A stretch of 53,960 nucleotides of DNA from a virus (Duplodnaviria > Caudoviricetes): the IMG/VR virus record IMGVR_UViG_3300042464_000289, positions 1 to 53,960 of that record; one strand, given 5' to 3'. Below the pieces are notes generated by a model. It was given only the letters and a program-made list of their open reading frames with translations, ran no database searches and had not been told where the DNA came from. Both the position numbers and the translations under genes were made by a program. Within the stretch, counting starts at the first letter, position 1; each line of letters opens with the position of its first letter. This document shows positions 44,010 to 53,631 of the stretch, piece by piece.

Positions 44010-45977
44010 CTAACCGCCTAGCTTTGTTTTTGGCTTAGTGTCTTTAACTACTTCTGTTAGAGTGTTAATGGCAGTAACTACGTCTGCCTGTTTGGTCTCT
44101 ACTTTAACGTTAGTAGTGTTAGCGCCGTCGATGCCCTGGCCTAGAGTGTTGTTTCCATACTCTGCTAGGAAACTAGGTTTACTCTTAGGTGTAGGGTTAT
44201 TAGTTGTGAGCCTGGAGTAGTTATCCATAGCCCTGGCAGCGTCTATAGCGTGTTGCCCTTCAGGGCTATCCTCAGGTGCAAACGCTACGCCTTCCTTGTT
44301 CTGCCTAGTTATTGCGTCTCTAGTAGTTCTAGCGCTAATGGCAGCTAACTCTGCTGCTGCCTTAGCTTCGTCTTCTGTATTAGAAGCGCCGAATACTATG
44401 TTGCGCTGCGTCTTCTTAAGGGCTGCATCTTGTATCCTATCGTGAAGCGCTGCAAGGCCGTCGCGCCCTAAGCTGCCTATGTAGTCCTGGTGTCTCTTTT
44501 CTTCTGCTTCTGCAGCTTCGTTAGCCTTCTCTTCTGCTAACTGGTTGGAGTCTCTTAGGCGTTGCTCTGCTGCTTCTTTGGCCTTCTCTTCAGCTAGCTT
44601 AGCGTCTGCCTGCTTCTTTTCGTGCTGGTCTGCCTGCAGCTTCATTCCTGCCCATGCCTGGCGTTCTCCTTCGTTCTGCTTCCTAGCTTTAGCTGCTATG
44701 GCCCTCTTAGTTTCTTCCTCTGCTTCCTTTAGACCTATCTCCTTAAGCCTAGCTTCACTTACTATGCCTTCCTCTAGAACAGCTTTCTTACGCCTGTCCT
44801 CTGCTGCTTCCTCCATTTCCTTCTTACGCTGTTCCTGGTCTAGCTTAGCCTGCGCTTCTGCTGCCTTGCGCTGATCTATTTTAGACTGCTCTATGTCTTC
44901 AGCAGATGTAGCTACATCTTCTCTAAGCCCCTTCAAAAGGTTCTCCATAGGAGAGCCGGGAAGGTTAGGACCTAGAAAGAATTCCTGTGTAGCATTGAAT
45001 GCCTCTACTATACCTAACTGGTAGGCATCTATAAGGCCCTGCCAACTACCTATAGCTGTAGACCACCCTGTAGACCATATACTAACCTGGTTAGCGAAGT
45101 CTTCTGTGCTTAGGCTTCCTGCGCCTGCTGCATCTCCTGCAGCTAGTAAACCGTTTGCAAGTTCTAGGAGCGCGAGCGTAGCACCCATAGCAGGAGCTAT
45201 AATAGCTCCAGCGCTATTAACTGCGCCGTCCATAGCAGGGGTAAAAGGAACTAGGCCGCCTGCTAGCATTCCTCCTATTGCTTCCTTCATCTGGTCAGAC
45301 TTTACAGCTACAGTTCCTAGCTTGTCTGAGAAGGTATCGCCCTTAATGGAAGCGCCGCCGAACTCCTTAGCTAGTTCGTCTAAGATTACTCCCTGTGCTT
45401 CTGCTAGCCTACCAGATTCCTGGTAGATCTTAATTAACTCCTTCTGGCTTTCTGTGAAGCTAACACCTGAACGGCTAAGCGCACTAATACCCGCTACAGG
45501 ATCGTTAAGGGCCTTACCTAACTGCAAGGCGCTAGATTGAAGGTCCCCGCCTAGCACTGCGTTCATATCTAAGGCGCTCTTAATAGCGCTGTCGAATACG
45601 TCGCCCTTAATGTTAGTAAACGTTAGGAGTACCTTCTCTGCATTTACTATCAGGTCCCCTGCTACGTTGGTAGCTTCCTCTAGGCTATCTGCTAGCCCTA
45701 CTAGCTGCTCCTTAGTTCGTCCTGCTGTTTCGCCTGTAGACTTAAGTACCCTGTCTAGTAGCTTCTCTGCGTTAGCCTGTTCCTCGTAGGCAGCTATAGC
45801 GCTAGCGCCAAAGTCGTAAACTTGTCGAGTAAGGTAGGCTATAGTAATGCCTGCCAGTATGCGCTTTACGTTAGATGCAAAAGCGCCCATGTCGGACTGT
45901 GTTTTATCTAACGAAGGCTTAACAGCTCTATCGTCAGCACTTATCCGGACCTTAGCATCAGCTACAGCGCCTGCCAT
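44010..45977 (-). CDS. Tail tape measure protein
   Basis: LLTFTNI, ALQLGKALNDPVAGISALSRSGVSFT motif; Ala-rich and coiled-coil regions. Confidence 0.9.
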   Translation of the reverse strand: MAGAVADAKVRISADDRAVKPSLDKTQSDMGAFASNVKRILAGITIAYLTRQVYDFGASAIAAYEEQANAEKLLDRVLKSTGETAGRTKEQLVGLADSLEEATNVAGDLIVNAEKVLLTFTNIKGDVFDSAIKSALDMNAVLGGDLQSSALQLGKALNDPVAGISALSRSGVSFTESQKELIKIYQESGRLAEAQGVILDELAKEFGGASIKGDTFSDKLGTVAVKSDQMKEAIGGMLAGGLVPFTPAMDGAVNSAGAIIAPAMGATLALLELANGLLAAGDAAGAGSLSTEDFANQVSIWSTGWSTAIGSWQGLIDAYQLGIVEAFNATQEFFLGPNLPGSPMENLLKGLREDVATSAEDIEQSKIDQRKAAEAQAKLDQEQRKKEMEEAAEDRRKKAVLEEGIVSEARLKEIGLKEAEEETKRAIAAKARKQNEGERQAWAGMKLQADQHEKKQADAKLAEEKAKEAAEQRLRDSNQLAEEKANEAAEAEEKRHQDYIGSLGRDGLAALHDRIQDAALKKTQRNIVFGASNTEDEAKAAAELAAISARTTRDAITRQNKEGVAFAPEDSPEGQHAIDAARAMDNYSRLTTNNPTPKSKPSFLAEYGNNTLGQGIDGANTTNVKVETKQADVVTAINTLTEVVKDTKPKTKLGG

Positions 45978-45979
45978 TG

Positions 45980-46231
45980 TTATTCCTCTAACCTGTTCTT
46001 ATATGCCTGGTAGTCCGCCCATGTATCAAACTTCTTAGGCGCTACCTTAGCAGACTTCCTCAGTATAAGGCTTAGTGCTTCTCTCTTAGTTAGTGCCATT
46101 ATCTCTGATATGGGTTGCCCAGGATATGCCTCTAAGAAAGTACTAACAATGTCTAACGTTGTAACTTCTGCGCCCTGCGTTGCTTCCTCGTTAGTTTCGT
46201 CTTTTGACTCGCAGGGCGCGATTGAAAACTT
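45980..46231 (-). CDS. -1 frameshift extension of the tail assembly chaperone (gpGT-like)
   Basis: Overlapping -1 frame ...DETNEEATQGAEVTTLDIVSTFLEAYPGQPISEIMALTKREAL...KNRLEE* ends 2 nt before the TMP ATG. Confidence 0.75.
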   Translation of the reverse strand, partial: KFSIAPCESKDETNEEATQGAEVTTLDIVSTFLEAYPGQPISEIMALTKREALSLILRKSAKVAPKKFDTWADYQAYKNRLEE

Positions 46232-46692
46232 GACGAAGGTATACCGTACTCTTCTACATTGTTGTTAGCTCTAAGCAGCTTAAGGACTTCCTGCCAGTTT
46301 TCTGGTAGACATAGTAGTTCTCTTAGGCCCTCCCTAGTTAGGTTAGGGTGGCTACTGCCTATAGAACATAACGCTACTAGCGTTAGGCCGTCTACAGAGC
46401 CTAGAAGCTCTACGCCTCTCTGCCCTGTAAAAGTCATTAGCGCTATATTCTTAGCTGCTGCAGTAAGTACCTCTAGCTTCTCTGCTGTTGGCAGGCCCTG
46501 ACAGGCTTCTGAAGTTATCTCCATATGGCGCTGTCTAACCCACATGTCAAGACGTTCCACTGCTGCAAGGTCTAGCGGCCTTGCGTTATAAGTCTTAAGA
46601 CCTAGTCTAGGGTCCTCAGTAAGTTTAACGCAGGCGCCGCTATCGTCCCTCTTAACGTCCCATAGCTTTATGTCGAAAGTAGCTCCGAACAA
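46153..46692 (-). CDS. Tail assembly chaperone (lambda gpG-like)
   Basis: Between tail tube and tape measure, with an overlapping -1 frame. Confidence 0.75.
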   Translation of the reverse strand: MFGATFDIKLWDVKRDDSGACVKLTEDPRLGLKTYNARPLDLAAVERLDMWVRQRHMEITSEACQGLPTAEKLEVLTAAAKNIALMTFTGQRGVELLGSVDGLTLVALCSIGSSHPNLTREGLRELLCLPENWQEVLKLLRANNNVEEYGIPSSSFQSRPASQKTKLTRKQRRAQKLQR

Positions 46693-46704
46693 TTTACTGC
46701 TCCG

Positions 46705-47541
46705 TTAGTTTGTGTACGGCCAAACGTTGGCAACAGTTTCGCCAGGCTTTCTAATAAAGCCTACTACACCTGTTGTAGGGTGACTGGCTAACATAGCTAC
46801 GTTAACCGTCTGAGTGTCCACTTGGTCTGTGCCAGGCTTACAGGTAATGTCTGTAGTGTCACCTACTAGGGCGTCTGAGAACCACCATGATTCTGTGGCG
46901 TTAACACCTAGCTTAAGGTTCTGTAGGTGCGTACCTGGTGTAGCTAGCTGAGTATGCCCGTGAGCAGGTATAGCTAAGGTCCAGTCTAACGTTCCGCGCT
47001 CGCGTGTCATGCTACCGCTAGTAGCAGCGTTAGCATACGCGCTAGCGCTGTTACTGATAGTAAGCGTAGCTGTAGTTCTAGTAGTAAGGAAAGGCACTGC
47101 CGCGCCGGAGACAAAGGCGCAGTCACTAGACTTAGCTTTCTTGACGCTAGTAGAGTCTACTATAGCTGCGCCAGAAGCTATGCCTAGTAGTCCTTTACCT
47201 CCAAACTGAACGGTATGCTTAACAATGGTATTCTTAGCGAAGTCCCACTGTACTACCACCTGAGTTACAATAGCGTCTACTGTGTAGCGCATACCTACAG
47301 TTCCTGCTACGTCTGACGTAGGGGAAGTGTAGCCAATAAACTGAAAGGTATCGCCAGGGAATACAGCAGGCGCGCCGCCGTGCGCTTCATAGCTTCCAGT
47401 ACAGTCCTTAGTTCCTAGGATTCTGTCTGTACCTGCCTTAGTAGCGCTGTTAACGATCTTGTCTTCTGCGTTAGTTTCCTTAACGTTCCAGGAAGCTACG
47501 TTACCTATGCCGTTAATTGCTGCGAATCTACCCGAGTACAT
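46705..47541 (-). CDS. Major tail tube protein
   Basis: Position; Thr/Gly/Ala-rich beta protein; VASWNV...NSAT.AG.DRI.G.KDCTGSY pattern occurs twice. Confidence 0.75.
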   Translation of the reverse strand: MYSGRFAAINGIGNVASWNVKETNAEDKIVNSATKAGTDRILGTKDCTGSYEAHGGAPAVFPGDTFQFIGYTSPTSDVAGTVGMRYTVDAIVTQVVVQWDFAKNTIVKHTVQFGGKGLLGIASGAAIVDSTSVKKAKSSDCAFVSGAAVPFLTTRTTATLTISNSASAYANAATSGSMTRERGTLDWTLAIPAHGHTQLATPGTHLQNLKLGVNATESWWFSDALVGDTTDITCKPGTDQVDTQTVNVAMLASHPTTGVVGFIRKPGETVANVWPYTN

Positions 47542-48034
47542 ATAAAGACCTTTCGAAGTGTATCTCTGTTCTAATGTCTACATTAGCAGCGTGCCCTATC
47601 TTTGTTCTGTTCTCTGTGTCCATAGTATAGCCTATGGTAGAGTCCATAACTCCGATAGAGTGAAGGATAGCGCCTGTAATCAACGTTTGATCTACTGTAG
47701 TACGCTCTAAGTGTCCTATAAGCCTAAAAATGCGCCATACTAAGAACGGCAGCTTATTGTAGAACTGCATATCTCCAGTAGATAGCGTAAACCTAAATAT
47801 GCACACTAAGGTGTCATGCGCTGAGTCTAATCCTTCAGGAGTAGCTGAAGGCATAGTTAGCACTACTTCAGGAAGGTCTGCGTCCTGTACTACTGCTTTA
47901 ACTTTCTGCGGAGTGTCAAAGGTTACTCTGTTACCTAGTCGCACATCGTTGAACAGTCCGCACGATTCAAACGCTTCCCATATAAGCCTAGATGTAGCGC
48001 TTATAGGGTCTAGTGGCTCATCTCCAAAACTCAT
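47528..48034 (-). CDS. Tail terminator-like protein
   Basis: 168 aa directly before the tail tube; ADLPEVVL. Confidence 0.55.
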   Translation of the reverse strand: MSFGDEPLDPISATSRLIWEAFESCGLFNDVRLGNRVTFDTPQKVKAVVQDADLPEVVLTMPSATPEGLDSAHDTLVCIFRFTLSTGDMQFYNKLPFLVWRIFRLIGHLERTTVDQTLITGAILHSIGVMDSTIGYTMDTENRTKIGHAANVDIRTEIHFERSLYVLG

Positions 48035-48834
48035 AGTACTGCCTCTCTATCTATTATAAATTGTTGCGCTGCCATAGCTTCGTTTGCTATAAGCTGCGTA
48101 GTATTAAAGTCGGGCTGTACTACAATAGGCCTGGCAGGTAAGTTACGTGCCTTATTGCCTTCCTGATGTATGCCTGCTATCTGTGCTATTGTTAGCCTGC
48201 CTTCGTTAGGGTCTTCATCGCTTCCAGGGTGTATGTCCACGCCTCCATACCCTACGAATAAATAGCGGCCCTCCCTAGACTCTACAGAGCCTGCCCCAGG
48301 CTTAACAGGGCTAAGCACTGTGAACAGTGTAGAAGTGTCCCTTAGAATGGCAGGAGCTACTGCAACGAATCGTTTACTAATACGCCCTAGGTAAGCCTTC
48401 TTAGCCTTAGACTTAGCTGCTCCCTTTAGTCCGCCTTTGTTGTTCCTAGATACTCTGTAGGACCCTTTAGCATACCTCTTAGAAAGTGCTAACCTGCCTT
48501 CGAATTGCCTAGTCTTCTCGCGCATAAACTTTCTAAAGCGCTTCTTATTAGCTTCCCTATCCCTAGGCCTTTCGCGCTTCAATGGTTGCCATGTACCATC
48601 GCCCCTAGAAGCCTTAACGAATCGCTGTTGTGCGAAGCTTCTATAGAAGACTGCCCAGCGCTTAAACATGGTAGCTATGCGCGGGTCTGTAGAAGTTCCC
48701 ATATCTAACAAGGTCTTAAGCTTGTCTAAGGGTCCTGCGTTGACTACTACTTCAGGCTTTATGAACGTCACCATGCAAAAGACCCTTGCTAATATAATTA
48801 GCAAGGGTCTTATAAGTTTGTCTAGCCCTTGCAA
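48031..48834 (-). CDS. Virion morphogenesis protein (Mu gpG-like)
   Basis: QQRF...GTWQPLK, ILRDTSTL, AGIHQEG, LPARP; likely start MVTFIKPE; long basic insertion. Confidence 0.8.
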   Translation of the reverse strand: MQGLDKLIRPLLIILARVFCMVTFIKPEVVVNAGPLDKLKTLLDMGTSTDPRIATMFKRWAVFYRSFAQQRFVKASRGDGTWQPLKRERPRDREANKKRFRKFMREKTRQFEGRLALSKRYAKGSYRVSRNNKGGLKGAAKSKAKKAYLGRISKRFVAVAPAILRDTSTLFTVLSPVKPGAGSVESREGRYLFVGYGGVDIHPGSDEDPNEGRLTIAQIAGIHQEGNKARNLPARPIVVQPDFNTTQLIANEAMAAQQFIIDREAVL

Positions 48835-48855
48835 CAGGAGCAGGCTAGGTATCTA

Positions 48856-49872
48856 CTAAGCAGATACGCCTTTCTTGAGCAGGGCAGGACGTACACACAT
48901 AAACAGAGGATTACTCTGTGTGTGAATCTGCACGCCCATGTCATGGTCTAAGCGCTTCTGGCTAGCGTAGTATTTGATACCTACAGTGTTCACTGTCTCT
49001 GCGAAGTTAGCAGGCGCCATGTAGTGATTGTAGAGGCCTGGCATACCAGTAGGGTAGAATCGTGCTACGTTAGTACTGCCAAAGAAGTTTACAGTACCAA
49101 TGTTAGCGCGGTAGCGCTTCCATGTGATGCCGCCCCAGGTGATAACGTCACCACCTGCTTCGATGTTCTCACGTCGAAAGTTGTTGTCGTCTTCCCAGGC
49201 AGAACGAAGGCCTGCGCTGTTCATCATAGCAGAAAAGAAAACGTCATCTACCAGAGCGCTAACAGCTACTATACCTGTACCGCCTACAGCGTTACCAATA
49301 GCCGTCTTAACTTCCATGCACTTCATCTGAAGTGCAGCTTCTGTACCTGCAGAGAAGTTAAACGTAAACACGTCTTCTGTAAGACCGAATTCAGTGAAGA
49401 CGTTGTTAAGCGTAGTACCGTCTGCGTCTTTGATAAGCCCGCAGATAGCAGCAGCGCGATGGAATTCCCAGGTAGCTTCGTGAGCGTCTGCATGGAGCGC
49501 CAAGTGCTCATCTATCTTAGCGGGCATAGTCTCCATGTCGGTCTCCTTACCGAACATTCTAACGCCGATAACTTCGTGCGCTTGAATGGTAGAGACTACA
49601 GGGATGTGCGGAATAGGGAAGGAGCGAATAATGCGCCCTGGCTCTGATAGAGAAGAACCTAGCGTACCTCTCATGCCGTAAGGCATGATAGTAAACACGC
49701 CGTTCTTATATTCTACCTGCGCAGAATAGGTAGTGATACCCTTCTCTGCAAATAGAGCCTCTGCCCCGATAGCCTGAGGCTTAACGGGCTGCAGCAGCAG
49801 GGACTGCGTTAGATTAGCTACGTTGTAAGCCTTACCTGCTAAGGCATCCAAAACATTACCCATGATATTCAT
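48856..49872 (-). CDS. Major capsid protein (lambda gpE-like family)
   Basis: 338 aa; RSFPIPH, TWEFHRAAAICG.IKDADG, TQSNPLFMCVRPALL. Confidence 0.9.
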   Translation of the reverse strand: MNIMGNVLDALAGKAYNVANLTQSLLLQPVKPQAIGAEALFAEKGITTYSAQVEYKNGVFTIMPYGMRGTLGSSLSEPGRIIRSFPIPHIPVVSTIQAHEVIGVRMFGKETDMETMPAKIDEHLALHADAHEATWEFHRAAAICGLIKDADGTTLNNVFTEFGLTEDVFTFNFSAGTEAALQMKCMEVKTAIGNAVGGTGIVAVSALVDDVFFSAMMNSAGLRSAWEDDNNFRRENIEAGGDVITWGGITWKRYRANIGTVNFFGSTNVARFYPTGMPGLYNHYMAPANFAETVNTVGIKYYASQKRLDHDMGVQIHTQSNPLFMCVRPALLKKGVSA

Positions 49873-49931
49873 CCCTAAACAGGAAAGACTTATAAACGAA
49901 AGAAAGAACCTACAGCCTAACTAGGCTTAGG

Positions 49932-50381
49932 TTATGTTGACTGCGTTACAGTGTTGGTAGCCTGTACCGTTGTAAGGATAGGCGGAGACACTGCAAGTAG
50001 CGCAGTCTTGACTGTTGCCAGTGTGATAGCTGCGCCTGCTGCGTCAAGAAGTCTAATAGCACCTTCACGCATAATAGCAGGGCCGCGAACTAGGCACAGA
50101 GCCTTAACAGCACTGTCTGTAACAGTGGCCAGGTTTACAATGCTATCATCGGCCTCAAGAATAAGGGCGTTGATAGTGTTGATAGTGGCTGCAGTGGTTA
50201 GCTGTGCCTTACCTGAAACAATAGCTACCGGAAGGTTAACCATGTTGTCCTGTGTGATAGACACAGTAACAGCATGATTATTTCTAACGATGCAGACCTG
50301 GAGGCTATAAGCCTTATTCCAAAGGTCTATAAGACCGTTAAAAGGGCGGCGCCCTAAGGTCTGAGAAGCAAACGCAGGCAT
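49932..50381 (-). CDS. Head decoration protein (gpD-like)
   Basis: 149 aa between protease and MCP; ALCLVRGPAI. Confidence 0.6.
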   Translation of the reverse strand: MPAFASQTLGRRPFNGLIDLWNKAYSLQVCIVRNNHAVTVSITQDNMVNLPVAIVSGKAQLTTAATINTINALILEADDSIVNLATVTDSAVKALCLVRGPAIMREGAIRLLDAAGAAITLATVKTALLAVSPPILTTVQATNTVTQST

Positions 50382-50435
50382 GTATACGCCCCTTATAAAG
50401 TCCAGAAAGAAGTGAGATACTTAGCTAGGTACTAC

Positions 50436-51449
50436 CTAGCTTTTAGCAAGTGCTTCAGCCTTAGCCTTAGCCAGTGTTAGAGGCGTTACCTCTGTAGATT
50501 CTGTGTGTCCAGGGTCCCCAACATTAGGCAGTGTTTTACCTAGGATGTTAGTAGAAGGCAGCATAGACAGGGCCACAACTACGCCGTCAAAGACAGGGTC
50601 TTCAACGTCTGCGCCGTCTGCAGACAAAGCTACTACATCCTTCGAAGCGAAAGACTTAGATAGTTCTACCTTCATAGCAGGAGTAATCTTCTGCTCTGCT
50701 ACAAGCTTGTCCAATGACAGGCCGCGCGTCTTAGTTACCATGCTACGAACAGCAGCAGGAATAACACTACCTACTGACTGCTCAATAGGCTTAGCTAACG
50801 CCTTCACTGCTGCAAACTCTGCAGAGATAGCGTTAGATATTTCTTCCTCTGTAGCAGACTCTGCTACAGTTACGCCTAGTGAAGTAGCCAGGGCTAGAAG
50901 TGCGTTCATGTTCTCAGTGTCCTCTGTTGTTATTGACAAGGCTACAAACTTGTCTAGGCCATGTACTACAGGTTTAAGGGTTAGCATTAAATGCCGTATA
51001 GGTCTAGCGTAGACCTTACCTGAACCTGGTACGTACGAAGCAGGTTGATAGATGGAAACGTCTGCTACTTTAGATAGCTCTGCTGCCTTCTCTTCTGTTG
51101 CGAATTCACAGACAAAGAATAGGGCGTAACGCCCTTTAGAATCAGTACCAGTGGTAGCGTCTATTACTAGGCCGCTAGCCTCTTCTACATTCTCAGTGTC
51201 TTTGTGCGTACCCTGAATAGGTATGGCTATACCATCCCTTATCTGTTCTTTAACAGAGTCGCGCCAGTGGTCTAACGTTTCCTTAGTTATAGGGTAGCCT
51301 CTCTTAAGCTTCCCTGTAACCTGGTCATAGTGTCCGAAGTTACCTACGTAGGCTACTTCCTTAAGGAACGTTCTGCCGTTAGACAACGAACTAACAGGCA
51401 GGTCTAAGCCTGTCTTAATTAGGTTCACAGTGTCTAAGTCGTGCAGCAT
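50436..51449 (-). CDS. Prohead protease/scaffold (Mu gpI-like)
   Basis: IPIQGTH, DVSI, LMLTLKPVVHGL; helical C-terminal scaffold region starting MNALLALA. Confidence 0.75.
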   Translation of the reverse strand: MLHDLDTVNLIKTGLDLPVSSLSNGRTFLKEVAYVGNFGHYDQVTGKLKRGYPITKETLDHWRDSVKEQIRDGIAIPIQGTHKDTENVEEASGLVIDATTGTDSKGRYALFFVCEFATEEKAAELSKVADVSIYQPASYVPGSGKVYARPIRHLMLTLKPVVHGLDKFVALSITTEDTENMNALLALATSLGVTVAESATEEEISNAISAEFAAVKALAKPIEQSVGSVIPAAVRSMVTKTRGLSLDKLVAEQKITPAMKVELSKSFASKDVVALSADGADVEDPVFDGVVVALSMLPSTNILGKTLPNVGDPGHTESTEVTPLTLAKAKAEALAKS

Positions 51450-51464
51450 AATTAGAATCCTTAT

Positions 51465-52319
51465 TTACTCTATACCTGAAAACAATTCCCCAGGGTTAAA
51501 AATAAATCCCTTATCAGGTCCTTTGTATTCTGTAGGCGGTTTTCTAATGTCAGGAGACTCGAATAGAGGTATAACCTGGCACCTACAGTTCCACCCATTA
51601 GGAGGGTAGTTAGTTTTCCAGAAAGGGTCTTCCTTAGGCAGGGTCACGCCGTCTATTAGGGCATGTTCCTCTCTCACCCTAGCATCTCCTACAGTAGCCA
51701 TAGTGTAACCCCATAGAACAGCAGCTATATCGGGGTCTGTCTCTGCAGTGTATTTACCAGCGTTAAAGGCTATCTGTGTCTGCGTTCTAGCTATGGCCTC
51801 TATAGTATGGTCTGCTACTCCTATCACTCCTGCCTTACTTAGTTCGTCTGTAAGGTCGTTAATGATAGTGTCTATGGGTACGCCTTCAGAAAACGCATCA
51901 GCTAGCCTGTTCCGTAGTCTTAGTTCTACGTACTCGCTAGCACCCTTTAGTATGTCTACAGCGCGTGTGTCGTACCTAAGCCGTATATACTCTAGGGTGG
52001 CTGCATTAGCCTCCCTATAAGTTCCACGTATGGTAGCTGTAAGGTCTAACGCTATGGTAAGGCCTTCTACATTCTTCCTAGTCCTGTTATCGCCTAACAT
52101 GTGGGCGTATGCCATAGCCGTAGACAGTGCCTTTACTGCCCCAGTCTCATAGCGTACATAGTCCACTATAGACGGCAGCTTTTTATTCTTCCTTACGAAG
52201 GTCCTTATAGCTCTAGCTAATTTAGCCATAGCCTTAGACAGACCAGGCTTAGCTAGTCTTTCCGCTATTCGTAGGTCTTGAACATATCCCATAGCTAGGG
52301 CGTGTATGTTAGATGCCAT
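51465..52319 (-). CDS. Head morphogenesis protein (Mu gpF/SPP1 gp7 family)
   Basis: IARTQTQIAFNAG, TVGDARVREEH, FWKTNYPPNGWNCRC. Confidence 0.93.
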   Translation of the reverse strand: MASNIHALAMGYVQDLRIAERLAKPGLSKAMAKLARAIRTFVRKNKKLPSIVDYVRYETGAVKALSTAMAYAHMLGDNRTRKNVEGLTIALDLTATIRGTYREANAATLEYIRLRYDTRAVDILKGASEYVELRLRNRLADAFSEGVPIDTIINDLTDELSKAGVIGVADHTIEAIARTQTQIAFNAGKYTAETDPDIAAVLWGYTMATVGDARVREEHALIDGVTLPKEDPFWKTNYPPNGWNCRCQVIPLFESPDIRKPPTEYKGPDKGFIFNPGELFSGIE

Positions 52320-52324
52320 ATTAG

Positions 52325-53326
52325 CTACTCTGTCCAGGTAGGCGCTGCGTCTGTTATCAAAGACTTAAGAGGTGATAGGTCTAATGTCCCTGCCTTTACT
52401 GAGGCTATGAACTGGTCTGTACGCTTCCTATGTAGTGATAGGGCGTGCTGCGCTTCTCCTTCAGGGTCATAGGATAGGACACCCTTATTATCGTACAGTT
52501 CTACTCCTGCTCTACAGGCTACGAAGTACGATAATATAGCAGGGCATATATCTCCTGACTCTGGCAGTTTCCACCTAGACTGTGCAAGTGCTGCTCTGAA
52601 GTAAGAGTCTGATATAGTTATAGCCCATGTTATCTGTGCTGCTATGTCGTCTACGTCTTCGTTGTTTTCAATGTCTGCCCACTTAGCTACGTTAGTAGGC
52701 CCGAAGATTTTTTCTATGTCTCCACGCTCACACATAGCAGAGCCTATAGGAACAGTAACTACACTGCTGCTAAGTGTGAGTAGAGCTAGCTTCTGCTTAG
52801 CGAAGGCTATGTCTTCTAGCGTCCACATGGAGCTAGCGCCGTTAGGCCCTAGCTGCAGAGCTACAGCGTTAAAGGCTGCAGTTACCCCTGTGCCTGTTGT
52901 CATGTCGAACAGCCTACCTAAGGCTGTAGCTGCGTTAGCTGTAAGCCTAGCTAACAACGTTGCAACGTTGTTAGCTACTGTTGCTAAGGCAGTGCCTGTA
53001 GCGTAGTCCCCTGCAGGCTCTGAAGGTGTAGCGAATGTTACTACTACTTCGCCGTCTACTCCTGTAGCTCTGCCGTACCCATAAGAGTCTACGCGCCCCT
53101 GTGAATCTAGTATTTGTACTAGGTACATAGATACAGGAAGCGCAGCCCCTATTACGTATGTAACTACGAACTGCCCTTTACACAGTGCATCTTCTCTAAC
53201 ATGGTTATTAGATGCAAGCGCTGTATACAGTGGCGCGGAATCTAAGGCTGCATTGAAGGCCCTTAACTCTGCAGAGTGCGGGGTTCTTCCCTGTATACCT
53301 AAGACCTTGAAATAGTGTGTAGTCAT
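52325..53326 (-). CDS. Mu gp36/DUF1320-like head-tail adaptor with long N-terminal extension
   Basis: C-terminal ~135 aa MCERGDIEKIFG...WKLP...FIASVKAGTLDL fits the gp36 pattern. Confidence 0.6.
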   Translation of the reverse strand: MTTHYFKVLGIQGRTPHSAELRAFNAALDSAPLYTALASNNHVREDALCKGQFVVTYVIGAALPVSMYLVQILDSQGRVDSYGYGRATGVDGEVVVTFATPSEPAGDYATGTALATVANNVATLLARLTANAATALGRLFDMTTGTGVTAAFNAVALQLGPNGASSMWTLEDIAFAKQKLALLTLSSSVVTVPIGSAMCERGDIEKIFGPTNVAKWADIENNEDVDDIAAQITWAITISDSYFRAALAQSRWKLPESGDICPAILSYFVACRAGVELYDNKGVLSYDPEGEAQHALSLHRKRTDQFIASVKAGTLDLSPLKSLITDAAPTWTE

Positions 53327-53631
53327 GGGGTTATAATCTCAGACTTTCTTTGTTCGGTTAACAGGCCCTTAGCCACTAACAGAGATAGGCAGTTAGCTAG
53401 CTCTGTGCTTTGTAGGTCTATAGTCTCCCTGGCCTGTAGCCTAAGCCTTAGGACAGTTACAGAATCGTCTAACGATTCGTCTATTCCTACCATTTCAGGC
53501 ACAGTGAATCTAAGCAGAAACTGCTCCGCGCTTATAACCGGATTAGGTGCAGGGTCTGGTATAGTTTCTACACTTACTAACACACCATCTAACCACGTTT
53601 CTCTAGTGCCCATTGTTACAGCCTTAGCCAT
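53323..53631 (-). CDS. Small protein after the fibre (fibre assembly chaperone-like)
   Basis: ISAEQFLLRFTVPE...LVAKGLLTEQRKSEI pattern typical of fibre-adjacent phage proteins. Confidence 0.6.
   Translation of the reverse strand: MAKAVTMGTRETWLDGVLVSVETIPDPAPNPVISAEQFLLRFTVPEMVGIDESLDDSVTVLRLRLQARETIDLQSTELANCLSLLVAKGLLTEQRKSEIITP

Noticed and set aside
7562-53326. Transposable (Mu-like) or temperate lifestyle
   Set aside because: No DDE transposase, MuB, integrase, repressor or partition genes recognised; the phage encodes its own polymerase and helicases.
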